Shown here: positions 11,471-25,111 of the stretch, piece by piece
Position numbering within the stretch: position 1 is the stretch's first letter
How the letters are laid out: each line of letters starts with the position of its first letter
Assembly (NCBI RefSeq): GCF_006345805.1
Contig: NC_043005.1
Coordinates: forward strand, 66,216,001-66,280,000
Origin: Octopus sinensis
Taxonomy: Eukaryota
Direction: 5' to 3'
Length of the DNA: 64,000 bases
Made by a program: the position numbers and the translations under genes
Notes under the pieces: model-generated
What the model saw: the letters and a program-made list of their open reading frames with translations, nothing else
Told to the model about the DNA's origin: nothing
Databases searched by the model: none

Positions 11471-12479
11471 AACAAAAATCAAAAGACAAAACAATGAAAC
11501 ATACTATCTGCAATTCGACTTCTTTACATCTGGCCCTATGTGTGTGATATATTATTTCCATCCACCATTGCTTTTCCCATTTCTAACCGAATATTAAATA
11601 CTAACAAATTCTATCGTATGGTTTACCATTCAATCTTTCAGTCCTGTCCATCACTGTCACAAATTTACTTCTGTACTATTTGTATGTGTTTATATGTCAT
11701 TTGTGTATCGTTCTGTACAGTTTGAAAAGTCAACCCTTTGCAAAACTTCGAACTATCAACATATTTATAAGAGGTAATATGCAAATACATACAAACACAC
11801 ACATGCACACACACACACACACATCTATATATAGAGATAACCGAAACACTGACAGACACCAATGCCATGATTTCTGAAGATGATAAAGTGAAATATATAC
11901 AAGTATACTATTCTTTCATCGAACTAAGAACTGTAGAGGTGATATTTTTTAAAAAACTCTCAGGGATGGTCAGCTCGGTAGCATGGACGGTTCAGTCAGC
12001 TTCTGACAACCACTATATATATATCTTCCTCGTAGATGTGGTTGATATCCTTCCACAGTTTCAAAGGAAATAGTGGCTGAATAAATTAAGCATTAATCAT
12101 AAGTATTAAGCAATTAAATAACTAATAGAAACATTACTATTTCTAAATCTCTCAGAGAGATATTCAGTAACAGTTCTTCAAAGTAAATACTATTTGCCAA
12201 AATAACGTGGCTACCCTGAATGGGACGATTGTTACTGGTATTTAAATAATTGTTAATTGTTAACAAATGTATGCATTACAGTACAAGAGAAACTCTGACA
12301 AAAGTATGTGAAGAGAAAGAAATATAAACAAATATGTATGTGAGGATACAATTATGATCGCAGATATTGAAATATTCTATCTATTTGTTTTACATATTGC
12401 TGCTGTTGCTTGTTCCTTCTCAAGCCATGCCGGCTTCCTGGTTTCATTGGCGTATAGGTTCCCCGCTTGGATTGGACGC

Positions 12480-13093
12480 GAAATTTTTCCCCACGAGAGT
12501 TTCGGACCCTAGTTATGAACTCATTTCCAACCAAGCAATCAGAGCTCTATAGACTAATATCATAGAATTAGATACAATAATTATAATAAACAGATCTATA
12601 ATTACTACTAATAATATAATAGTACTCACACATTTTCGTGACTAGTTTTTTTGTTGTGATTTTTTTTTTTTTGTACAAAGCTCATAAAATGAATAAAACT
12701 CGTTTTTCGCTGAAGACCACAGGAAAATGCACATGTGACACTCGGATAAGCAAATATATATTAACAATACACACATGTCCATAATTCGTATCAATGAATC
12801 AATGTGTATTTATAAAACCTTCAAGCAGTTTCCGTACTTTCATATTCGTCACAGACATTGTCTTTTATTGCTATAGTAAGTCAAAGTTACCGCTAACCGG
12901 CGAATGCGTTCAGTATTGATGATATGGGCATCTGAATGAGAGCACAATACAAGATTTGCATGGCAATCGGTGGTTGCCATTTTGACTGCCAACCTTTGTT
13001 AACTTGACAACAAAATCAAGGTGAGCTCTGATTGGCTGTAGGCAAATGAGTTCATTACTGTGGTCCGGAACTCTCGTGGGAAAAAAAAGTTTC
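12480..13093. mobile_element. Non-autonomous DNA transposon (MULE-like candidate) inserted in a SINE C copy
   Basis: ~68-bp imperfect TIRs (12480-12547 and 13023-13093); flanks gattggacgc and gatgggacgc form a ~10-bp TSD-like pair; the SINE C sequence resumes on the right. Confidence 0.6.
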
Positions 13094-13322
13094 ACAGATG
13101 GGACGCCGGTCCGTCGTAGGTGAGCTGCTAGATACAGGAGGAAAAAGTGAGAGAAGGTTGTGGCGAAAGAGTCAGCAGAAGTTTGCCATTACCTTCTGCC
13201 GGATCCGCGTGGAGCTTAAATTTTTCGCTCATAAACACAAACATCACCCGGTCTGAGATTCGAACCCGCGATTCCTTGACTGCAAGTCCGCTGCTCTAAC
13301 AACCAGGCCATTAGCCTCCACC
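13094..13322 (-). mobile_element. tRNA-derived SINE family C
   Basis: Reverse complement head tggaggctaatggcctggttgttagagcagcggac...ggttcgaatctcagaccggg; matches 41665-41915. Confidence 0.85.
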
Positions 13323-13946
13323 ATTCGTTTTACATGGTGAATTCATATTACAGGTATGCATATTAGTATAAGTCAATCACACACATATAACAGTCTAATG
13401 TCTAATGCATTATGTTAGAGAAATCTCAATCATTGGTAAGCAAAAGTAAGCAAATATATATAATAGATACACCCCCCCACACACACAAGGTAGTATTGAA
13501 TTTACTATTCTGTATCTTTTTAGAATTATAAAGTGTCAAGACTCTCATCATACCATATCTATGACATATTCATTAAGTGTCATTGTTGTATTGTTATATT
13601 GCTATCGTTGACGGCAACTATGTTTGATTACAATTTAGATATTTATCTTTAATGGCGACATCTACGTGTGCAATATAGGAATACATACGAAGCTACCCGC
13701 ACGAAAAAAAAAAAACACTTGCACAAACGCATACATACATATACATTCCCACACATATAGATATACACTCAGATAAAACGAGTATGAATATCAGTGTATG
13801 TATGTATGTTAGCGTGTTGCTTGTATATATATATATATATATATAATTAATCAATATAGGGTGGCACAAAAATTTTGTAGAATTTTTTGCCACCAGCGGC
13901 CTAGTGGGAAAAAATTAAATAGTCAAAGACCATTTTTAAGTTCAAC

Positions 13947-14087
13947 ATCAACAATCAAGGAACGGCCATAATAGGCCATTCACCCACTAGAAATAACAGC
14001 CAAAGCTTCAACCGAAGCTTCGGTTGAAGCTTGGCTGTTATTTCTAGTGGGTGAATGGCCTATTATGGCCGTTCCTTGATTGTTGAT
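13947..14087. repeat. Spacerless palindrome with 70-bp arms
   Basis: Right arm is the exact reverse complement of the left arm except for one extra A in the left arm. Confidence 0.95.
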
Positions 14088-14268
14088 ATATATATATATA
14101 TATATTATTAATGTGGTTTTAGAGTCAAGTTTTGGCTGCTATTTCAAGCGTGGTGGTATCTCTTAGATACCCTAACTTATAATTTTGATAATAATTATTA
14201 CCTTTGAAGGTTTTTATTCCCATGCTGGCCACTTGATGAGTTCGATATTTAAATAACGATCTTATCCT

Positions 14269-14356
<88 letters not shown>

Positions 14357-14759
14357 CATTATAGAATGTGTGTGTGAACATGTACACGTGTGTATGCATA
14401 AATATTTCAGTATTTTTACTTTAAATATTTTAATCGTTAGAAGTCTTACGAGTGATGGTATTTAGTGGAGTCTCAACGAATTATATAGCTCAGAATATTA
14501 CATTTGAAACGGTGGAATCTATGTCAGATACCAACTACTAAATAATGGCTCAGCGATATGATTTTGAGATCAAATGTGAATAAGTATGTATGTATGTATA
14601 CAATACACACCATTTCATGCTGATCCAGTCATCTCAGATTACACAAGTATCAGCTGAGCACTAGTGCGACCCTATCTCCTAGTAGTCACGTACTCGGTAT
14701 TCTGGCAGATGAATAGTGGAAAGGCCGTAAGTGGGCCTAGCTTTTCTCGTGATTATCAT

Positions 14760-14811
14760 AGTATGATAGATGCTAACAAATGCACTTGCATTTGGTAGCA
14801 TCTATCATACT
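14760..14811. repeat. Hairpin with 25-bp arms
   Basis: agtatgatagatgctaacaaatgca-ct-tgcatttggtagcatctatcatact; one mismatch. Confidence 0.9.
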
Positions 14812-15040
14812 TAGTGGTGAGAGTGTTGAACTCATGATCGTATGGTTGTGGCTTCGATTCCTGGACCGGGTGATGCGTTGTGTTCTTGAGCAAAACACTT
14901 CATTTCACGTTGCTCCAATCCACTCAGCTGGCAAAAATGAGTAATCTTCCGACGGACCGGCGTCCCGTCCAGGTGGGGAATTTCTACGCTACTGAAACTG
15001 GGAAACCGGCCCTTATGAGCCTGGCATGGCTCGAGAAGGA
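14812..15040 (+). mobile_element. tRNA-derived SINE family C variant
   Basis: tagtggtgagagtgttgaactc...ttcgattcctggaccggg...gacggaccggcgtcccgtccagg. Confidence 0.75.
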
Positions 15041-15080
15041 ACATGTATTTATTTATCATACTATGACGTTTATGGCTCGC

Positions 15081-15131
<51 letters not shown>

Positions 15132-16649
15132 ATATATATATATGTATATGCGGGCCACAAACGTCACTCGCTAGCAAGTTTATTTGGTATACATGCATAC
15201 AAACATAATACATACTTGGTATACATATATACATACATGCATACATACATATGACTATGTGTATGTGTATGATGTGCGTTGCTCTTTTGTATATGTAAAA
15301 ACCACGTTATTTTACCATGCCTTCAACTGACAAATTAATACTCATTACGAACACTTAACACGGATAAATTTTCCACTGAAATAATTTTTCATTCTCTAAA
15401 TATTTTCAAATTATGTATTTTTAAGATCTCACTTTTTTTGTCTTTGCTGTTCCCATCAATATCAACTGTACACTTCATCAACACTAACGGAGAACCTCAC
15501 ACATCAACAACACAAGTATATACCAAACACACAGAAACATATAAATATAAGAAAAAACTCTGCTATTATAATTTCCACTGTCAGGAACGGATTGTAAAAT
15601 GCAACACAGGTCTTAGGTTATATACATTCTTTGTGAATAGTTAGATTTGTTTCAATCGAATTGTATAAAATATCTCAAGTAAATTAAACGCAGACACACA
15701 TACACATGCGCGTGTTACGCACACATACACACAAGCACTCATACAAACACTCACACACACGTGACTTTTAGAAATACTATATGGATGTAAAAATAGCTTT
15801 TATAGTCTGTAGCAGGAAGCTTTATTTGTCGATTTGTTCATACTTCTTCAGGTTTGATGAAAGAAATCAATTTTTTTCCGTGTTCATGTGACACTGCTTG
15901 GATGTGACATTGAAACATAATTATCGATTCATTTTGCGTCGGACCAATTTCAACTGAGATCGATTTGAATTGGAAGGCAACCGAGTGGACCCGAAAAAGA
16001 AAACTAGTTCAAGTATTCCATATAGATTATCTCTGAAGCTATATCGACAATGTAGCATCCATAATTACATAAAAAGTGAATCTGTTTTGAACACATGAAG
16101 TATCTGCTTTGTTTTGCGTTAAGCGAATCCGAGCTAAGTAGAACTGAATAACGACCACAAAGATGTTAAACTTTGTAAAATTTCCAAGAAAGGAAATATC
16201 CACCACATTTTAATGTGACGTTTTAGATATGTGGATCACAAACTGATCTCCTTGAAATACGGGGAAATTCCTGTACCAATATCCAAGATGGTATTTTAAT
16301 ATTTCATCAACTCAGCTGTTTTACATATACAGTGATGAGGTATCAGATTTTAGATATTTGGTTGACATTATTGCTTTTCTATCGGGATTTCTTTACGTTC
16401 GGCGCCGTTATTAAGTACATGTAATATAGTGTTGTTGATTCAGTCAACATTTGAATCCATTAATCCTCTCATTTATGTATTTATGTATTTATTTATTTAG
16501 ATATTTTTCGAAATAAAAAGAAATCAATATTTATCTGTTTAATAAATGGTCTTGACGGTAACATTTGATAACGGAAACCAACAAATCGGATTTAATTGGA
16601 ATCAGTCACACAAGATGATCGGATGAACATGTACTAACATAGCAACAGA

Positions 16650-16915
16650 ACAGGATGAAGATGACGACGACGACGACGACAACGGCGGCGGTGGCGACGA
16701 CGACGACGATGACAGTGGTGGTGATGATGATCATGATGATGACGATGACACTGACGCTGGGTCTGCTGATAATAATAATAATAATTATTATTATATTATT
16801 ATTATAGTTAATTTTGTTGTTGCCATTGTTATCATCATCATCATCATCATTATTATTATCATTATTATCATTATTATTATCATCATCATCATCATTATAT
16901 TCATCATCATCATCA
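16650..16915. repeat. Compound trinucleotide tract (GAC/GAT/AAT/CAT)
   Basis: Low-complexity tract that explains ORFs 16606-17028 and 16791-16976. Confidence 0.9.
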
Positions 16916-18531
16916 TTCCGAATGAATTGTGCAATACTTGAAAATAACCGTAAAAAAAAAATAACAAAATAAACATTATACTTCAGAAAAGTAAAACAAG
17001 AGAAGATGAAATATAAATTAATTAACAAAAAAAAAAATATATATATATAAATAAAAATAAAAAATACTGGAGTCAGTAGCTTGAATTAACTTGTTTCATC
17101 TGCGAGCAGAAAATGTTCTGGCCACAATTAAGGGTAGCATGTATAAACAATGGAATCATAAGTGATTACAAGTGTAATAGAGAACATGTAAAAATAAACA
17201 AAATCAATTAATGTCCTTCCTGATGGTGAATGTCACCAAGAAACAAATAGAAATCTTTGGCAAATTAAAAGAAAAAAAGCTAAATCAACAAAAGTATTGT
17301 AGCGCGGGAAGAATGAGATGGGGGGGGGAACATATCAAGAATGAATTAAACGTTAGAAATTATTTAGCAATATCGAATAAAGTAAAAGATTAAAAGATTA
17401 AAGATAAATAAAGTGAGAATGAGATTATAAATAAAACAAAAGAGATAAAAATAAAAATGGCCGAAAGAAAGAAACTATATTGAAAAACAAAAAAAAAACA
17501 AAAAAACCCCCAAAAAATAAAACAAAATCAAATAATTATCCAACGTAAAATTAGAAAATCAAATCACTTGATAGGTGGAACTGTTTTCAGAAGTGGTAAA
17601 AAGGAAGGGAATTATTGATGGTCACGTAAAGACAGCTTCGGCTTCTAGTCTGACGATGGATGTCATCAGCCCGGAATAGGTGATCAATCATTGACTGCCG
17701 GTCACGTGATTGTTTCATTCGACATGACAAGTGGTTTCTCTTCGATTTCCTTCACTCGAGACTGTGTTATGCGTTGTTCTCCACCCCTCCACCTCCGCAG
17801 CCCATTAATGTTTGCTGTTCCTGTTATTCAAACGTTTTTTTTGTGTGTGTGTGTGTGTGGGGGGGTAACAGAATTGTCATTCTCTCTCACCCCCTCCCTC
17901 TATCTCTCTGTCTCTGCCTCTCTCTTTCTATACTAATATGTATGTATTGAGTTACGTATGTTGCACTTATGCTTAGATATACCTCTGTGTGTGTATGTGT
18001 GTGTGTGTGTGTGTGTGGCTATGTGTGTGTCTGTAAGTCCTCTTTGGATACAAAGTATAAATAGAGATCAATCTTCGCTTCGTGATCACTGGATTCCTGG
18101 ATTTTAGCCGATGTATCTATTAGGATACCTGAGTGCTACGATAGGATAAATATAATGCTTTTCCTCTCAATATCAAGCCTCCAATCGCTAACCTTGTAGC
18201 CTGAGAAGCGACAAACGCAGGATTTGCATTCCTTATATGGTTTTCTTGTTCTTTATATATGGACTTTTAAAACACTTCCGCCAATCGAAGTATACCCACA
18301 AGGTGTTGGTCAACTCATCTGTATAGTGGGTGACCATAAATGGAGTACCGTGAATTGAGATCGAAACCGATCTGAGGTGTGCATACAGACCTACATACCT
18401 GCATCCATCCATCCATCCATCCATCCATAGTTACGTACATATATATATCTATATATATACATGTGTGTGTGTGTGTGTAAACGAATTAGAGGGAATGCCA
18501 TGCCACTTGCCACTTCATAATAATCGTAGTT

Positions 18532-18566
<35 letters not shown>

Positions 18567-18705
18567 ACATATATATATACGACGGGCTTCTGTCAGTTTC
18601 CGTCTACGAAATCCACTCACAAAGCATTGGTCGGCCCGAGGCTATAGTAGAAGACACTTGTCCAAGGTGCCACGCAGTGGGATGAACCCATATATATATG
18701 AGTTC

Positions 18706-18744
<39 letters not shown>

Positions 18745-18879
18745 AAAAGGGATAAATTATCCTGTCGATTAACGTATTATCTCCAAAATTGGTATAGATG
18801 CCGGCTATCCACAACGGTCTATTTATATACTACTCAAGCTTAAAAGAGTTACTGGTACTGGTAAGGTTCATGTACGTGA

Positions 18880-18916
<37 letters not shown>

Positions 18917-19104
18917 TGTGTGCAAGTACGTTTGTGTATTTGAAAAAGTCTACTTTTAGTGCCATACTGAACTGTTTATAAGTGAAGAGGAGAAGGTGAT
19001 ACTGGAATTAGACTGTCAACTTTTGATATGAATAATAAATATATCTATTCACTTCACCCAAATTATTGAGTTCTATATCAATGCTATTTACATTATATTA
19101 TATC

Positions 19105-19149
<45 letters not shown>

Positions 19150-20434
19150 TATGTGTGTGTACGTGTGTATGCGTGCAAGTGTTTATGTTTGTATATGAAA
19201 GTGTATTCCCACTATGAACGGCCATTTCCATAGAGTACTTGAAAAAAATCGAAATAAAAACTGAAAGCGAAGAAAACAAAATGGACGCTGTTGGAGAAGT
19301 GATGGCGCATTATCTACAGAGGGAAGGGAAAACAATCAGAAGAGAGGAGAAAGGAAAGAGGGAAGGAAGAAAGAATAAGAAAGAATATGTGTTGAGCATG
19401 AGAGAGAGATAATATATATATATATATATATTGAAAGAGAGTGAGGGAGAGTGACTGAGTGTATGTGTTGATGGTGGGTTTATATGGTGTGTTAAAGAAA
19501 GAGATGTTGACAGTAGAGATATGTGGAGTGAACTTGTTATTCTTGATTTGTGTTTAAAGAAAAATTTTCAACACCTGCCGTTTACTTTCATTTTTAGACT
19601 CTTTCAGTTTAGTCATTTTACATTTTCTGCACTATATTTCATAAGTTTTGTTTTTGTTTTCAATATTTTCCATTGGTGGGAGGAAAGATTCTTTGGTAAA
19701 ACAACAACAAAAATCTCCACTTTATTTAGATATTCTCAGAATGAGATTTAGATTCTAAATATTTGAGTGGGACTCTTACAGCGAAGATCATGAAGCAGAT
19801 TTTGCAGTTGGAGGTAGTGTAATAGAAACAATTAATGTTTCCAATAAATATGCATTTATGCACACATATATACACTGAGTAACAACTTCACCAAGTCGCA
19901 TACAAACTGATACAGTCGTTGAACATTCTGAGTTACTAAATCCTTCACTTAAGCGATTAAATATCTATTTTCTATGGTTCAACTGTGTCAAATTACTACA
20001 AAAATCGTTACGTTAATAGTTCTAACGTAGTATATTTCCCAGCAGTGTAGTCTAGTGTACTTTCACTTTCTCAGTAAAGTCTATCTTCTTTTGCCTGCAT
20101 AAAAGGCTTTCACTTCTTTCCTTTATTTCACCCCAGAACACTTTTTTTCTAGTTGACTATTATTTCTAGAACGGCAGAATGAGAACGTGTCATTACCAAT
20201 ACGTGTGAAGAGAAAAATTGTTGCCGAAACATTCATATTCTTGCGGAAGATAACATTTAGGTAAATATATTCACATTTTCTTTATATGATATACTAGAAA
20301 ATAATTCCCTTCATTTACATTCGTATGTTGGGTCAAGTCCTCGGTCATTTGTGAAGTACTTTGTAAATAAAAATGGCATTTAGAGAATTAATATGTACTC
20401 TCATGAGTGCCTAATTGGTACGGCATGTACGTAC

Positions 20435-20473
<39 letters not shown>

Positions 20474-21180
20474 ACACACACATGCACACACACACACACA
20501 GAGGCACACACACAATTAGTAGAATGGGGGAAATGTTACTCAGTTGAAATAGTCGAAATGCTTACCAAATTTACTTGCAGACAGCATACATGAATTGCCA
20601 CTGACTTTGCACATTTGCGAGTGACATGCGAGTGATATTTACTAATTTCACTTACCCTTCAATTGTTTGTACAATACACGGTATTTGATATTAGTAAAAA
20701 AAAAAGGACAATAAAAATATGACAAAAGTTCTTCAACATAGAATTATAGAGGATAAAAAAGAAACTGCGCAAAGTTTAAGCAAGGTCATTGTTAAATTGA
20801 TATCTACAGTTTTCCATTGCACTTACAAACAATTCGAATTACTCAGCAAGAAATATCAGCGCCCGTTCTTTATTAAATTTCGCGAAAATATGTTTGTATA
20901 TTTTGTATATCATAACTAGATTACTGCATCTTGAATTTCCGTGGGTCTTGATATATCTAATAAGCTGAGAGATAGATCTAACGAATCATATTAGTATCGC
21001 TTACAAAATTGGTTTAGTTTTCTATAATCCTTGTTGTATGAAGTAATATCAATAAGAATGAAGGAAAATTTTATAAAGCATTGTAAGATCAGCGATTAGC
21101 ACCCTAGAAGCTTGCGAGTCGGGTTAGACTGAATATAAGATAGAATAAAATGGCAAATTTAGCATATTTGTCTAGTATAT

Positions 21181-21480
21181 ATAACGGGAAGCTTTATGAA
21201 AATAAACAAAAGACGAAGGCAGGTGGAGTACAAACAAACAATTGTATTAGTATGGCGCTCAGGAATATATATACATGAGAGTTCACGAAAAAACAAAACA
21301 AAAGACGAAGACAGGTGGTGCACAAAACAAACAGATGTATTAGTATAACGCTCAGGAATTGAAAATGTCTTTTACGTTTCGAGCCTACGCTCTTCTACAG
21401 AAAGGGACACAGAGAAAAAAAAAGGAGAAAAACAAAGAGAGAAAAAATGTGTGTAGTGGCTACCGATCTATCATGGTGAC
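21181..21480 (-). mobile_element. PLE pseudo-LTR-like repeat, two head-to-tail variants, with hammerhead-like motif at 21369-21404
   Basis: aaaagacgaag(g/a)caggtgg...gctcaggaat occurs twice; the motif cttttacgtttcgagcctacgctcttctacagaaag is identical to 3630-3665. Confidence 0.65.
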
Positions 21481-21490
21481 TCATATATAT

Positions 21491-21521
<31 letters not shown>

Positions 21522-21527
21522 CACACG

Positions 21528-21584
<57 letters not shown>

Positions 21585-21623
21585 ATGTGTGTGCTTGGAG
21601 GAGAGAGAGTTAGATATAGATTG

Positions 21624-21663
<40 letters not shown>

Positions 21664-23976
21664 GAAGAGAGAGAGTGTGTGTGTGTGTATGTGTGTTTGT
21701 ATGTGAGTGTTTAGCGGTTTGACAAGGCACGACACATGAATCGAGAAGGATGTGTCTTTCTTTGACATTACAAATTTCTTAATGCGGCTTCGGTTTGATT
21801 AGCATGAAATACTTCCGACGATGTATCTGTTGAATACACTAATATCTGCTGCTCAATTCATTTTGAAATTAACGTGTAAACTATACAATTCTATTTTGTA
21901 TAATCTCTAAAATAATGTAGAGAAAAAAATTTTCAAGCTTAGTGCCAAAGGTATCTGAATTGACCAAAGTTATATAATTACAAACCAATAACCATTCTAA
22001 AGTCAAATGAAGTTAATTCGGAATTCCTATGGACATGTCTTGTTACATTAATTTCTATATAGATTTTCATTCTTTAGTTTTGTTATAATATCACCGCAAA
22101 GATCATGTTATATCTAGTTATTTATGCTCTCAACAACTTCTAATGGCTGCCTAAAATCTTCATTGCGCTATTACGACAAAAACCGGAAGCAATCTTTCTG
22201 GTTAATATAGGATAGGATCTGCCTGCAGCAGCTGGAATGTTCAAATTCTTTCGATGCTGTCAGTAGTGCTCGCAATTGAGCAAATAATTCTTCTTAAAGT
22301 CGATATCTCTATTGTGTTGTTGAGGCATAAAATCATCCACTCGAACGAAGTTTATTATATTTCAGGGCAAAAGACGTTTTCTCTAAGTTTTACGGCACTT
22401 ACTACACTACAGTGTTGCTAGATACCCATACATAGATGGAAGTACTGGATACAACGACTGTTACTGCAACAGTATCAAGGTAACGTATAAAAGAATATAA
22501 CGAAAAAAGGAAGAACATATTTTTCGGTGACTTTAAAATCATGAATGTTCCAGTAAGAAAGTCACCAAAGTGATATTTCCACCTCACTGCTTCTGTTTTC
22601 GTAATGAGTTAAAAGTTTGTTTTACGTAATTTCCTAAAAGGAATCAATGCCCTGCACGATTGATCTTAGCTGTTGTGAGAAAAGTTTCAAGATATTCACA
22701 GAAACACATACATCTACATCAATGTGGGTTCCTGATAAACTTCTAACACTTCTTTAAGTTATTTTCAATGAAATAAATCCCGAACCTGAACCTCCTCTTA
22801 TAATCCGTTTCTTTTTGTTATTACTAGCCATTGAAGTCGTTGGAGTGGAAGGATTGTTAGACGTCGGACAAAATGTCATGGAATATTTCTTCCTTCGCTT
22901 TATGTTCTGAGTTCAAATTTCACCGAAGTCAAGCATTGCCTTTCATACTTTTGAGGTCACCAAAATGAAGTAGAAGTCAAGTATTAAGTTTATTTAACTG
23001 ACTAACCCCTCCACTCAGAGTTGTTGACCTTGAAACTAAATTAGAAAGCATTTGTTCATGTGACTGTGAACTGCACTAATTTTTTAGTCATAAATATTGT
23101 TATTCCACGCTTATGAGATTTACACTCCTCTGCAGTCTCAATAAAATAAATAACTGTTTATTCAGGTAACGTCATTACCTATTGATACTAGCTAGTGTTG
23201 ATCGCTAGAGCTGTCATGATTCTAACTGTCCCGGTATATATTTTATACCACACCACAAAAAAACAAAAAAACAATCCAAGCTGCAAAATGTAACGAATCG
23301 ATCGAAACCGTTAACGCAGAAACGATTCTTGAAAATTAACGTAGAGGTGAAACGGGGTAAAGGTACTTCCTTATTTTACATGCAACAGTACATTCTAAGA
23401 AAAATTTACCAAAAAGAACCTAGAAGTTGTGAACACAAGATATATTTATTAACAGTAAACTAAATAATTTGTCTTTGACTCGGAAATAACTGTGAGAGAG
23501 AAGGGCAGGACGAAGTTTGAGCTACAAGTGTATACTGAGCAGATATAGGTGCATTCGGGAGTTTCGACTTCCTCATGCAGCTCAGCTTAGTGGAGTTTCA
23601 CTTCTGTGTTATACAGGAACAGACGTCGAAGGATTAATACTTAAGCATCCTTCACTAGAATCAAATCGTTCTTTGGGTTATTACATAGTTCAATTAATAC
23701 GTATAGCTAACTCCTTAGGTGATTTAATGCCACAGTATAGACACAAACATTGGGTATTTGGATAAGTTGTTAAAACCAGAACCGTCGAAATTTAGCAGAA
23801 AGACTATGACGCATGAGTGCGTACAGACAGACGTATGCATATGTGCGTGTCTGAATATCTATTTGCAAAGAATAATGTATGTATGTATGCATGCATGTAT
23901 GTATGTATGTATGTATGTATGTATGTATGTATGTATGTATGTATGTATGTATGTATGTATGTATGTATGTGTGTAT

Positions 23977-24010
<34 letters not shown>

Positions 24011-24011
<1 letters not shown>

Positions 24012-24428
24012 CCTTATTTCTTTATTGTCCACAAGGGGCTAAACATAGAGGGAACAAACAAGGACAGATAAACGGATTAAGTCGATTACATCGACCCCAG
24101 TGCGTAACTAGTACTTAATTTATCGACCCCGAAAGGATGAAAGGCAAAATCGACCTCGGCGGAATTTGAACTCAGAACATAAAGACAGACGAAATACTTA
24201 TTTCTTTATTACCCACAAGGGGCTAAACACAGAGGGGACAAACAAGGACAGACATAGGTATTAAGTCGATTACATCGACCCCAGTGCGTAACTGGTACTT
24301 AATTTATCGACCTCGAAAGGATGAAAGGCAAAGTCAACCTCGGCGAAATTTGAACTCACAACGTAACGGCAGCCGAAATACCGCTAAGTATTTCGCCCGG
24401 TATGCTAAAGTTTCTGCCAGCTCCGCCT

Positions 24429-24429
<1 letters not shown>
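24011..24429 (-). mobile_element. SINE family A dimer inserted in (TATC)n
   Basis: Two tandem units; flanked on both sides by TATC repeats. Confidence 0.85.
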
Positions 24430-24497
<68 letters not shown>

Positions 24498-25019
24498 ACC
24501 TTGGTAATTAAAAATATTTAAATGTGTGCGGATTTCCTTCCAAGTTATCTTATTCAATGAACGTGCATAGCCGAAAGCCATGATTTTAGGTCCATCTGTG
24601 TAGAATCGTAGCAGTATATTTGTGTGTGTGTGTGTTGTGTGTATGCGTGTGTGTATGTGTGTGCGTTTGTGTGTGTTTGTGTGTGTATGTGTGTGTGTGT
24701 GTGTATGTGTGGGTATATATCTATACACATGCATACATACGTACGTACATACATATATGTATACAGATCCCAGTCATGTTCAACCGATTGCTATATATTG
24801 GTCATTGCAATTTCCATTGATTCCTTTAATTAAGACGACCGCACAGTTGGATTTAATTACTATTTCAGACAGACTGAACAACAACAGTTTATACATATGT
24901 GCATGTAGTGTATATATATATATATATATATATGAAAGAGGGATTTGTAGCTTTTGACTAACATTTGTAAGTGTTTGTCAATTAAAATATTAAAAATTTG
25001 CAGACATGGAGACACGTTA

Positions 25020-25052
<33 letters not shown>

Positions 25053-25065
25053 AACAAACACACAC

Positions 25066-25111
<46 letters not shown>

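Noticed and set aside
13250-13322. Bona fide tRNA gene
   Set aside because: The tRNA-like head continues into a SINE body shared with other copies and does not close a proper acceptor stem
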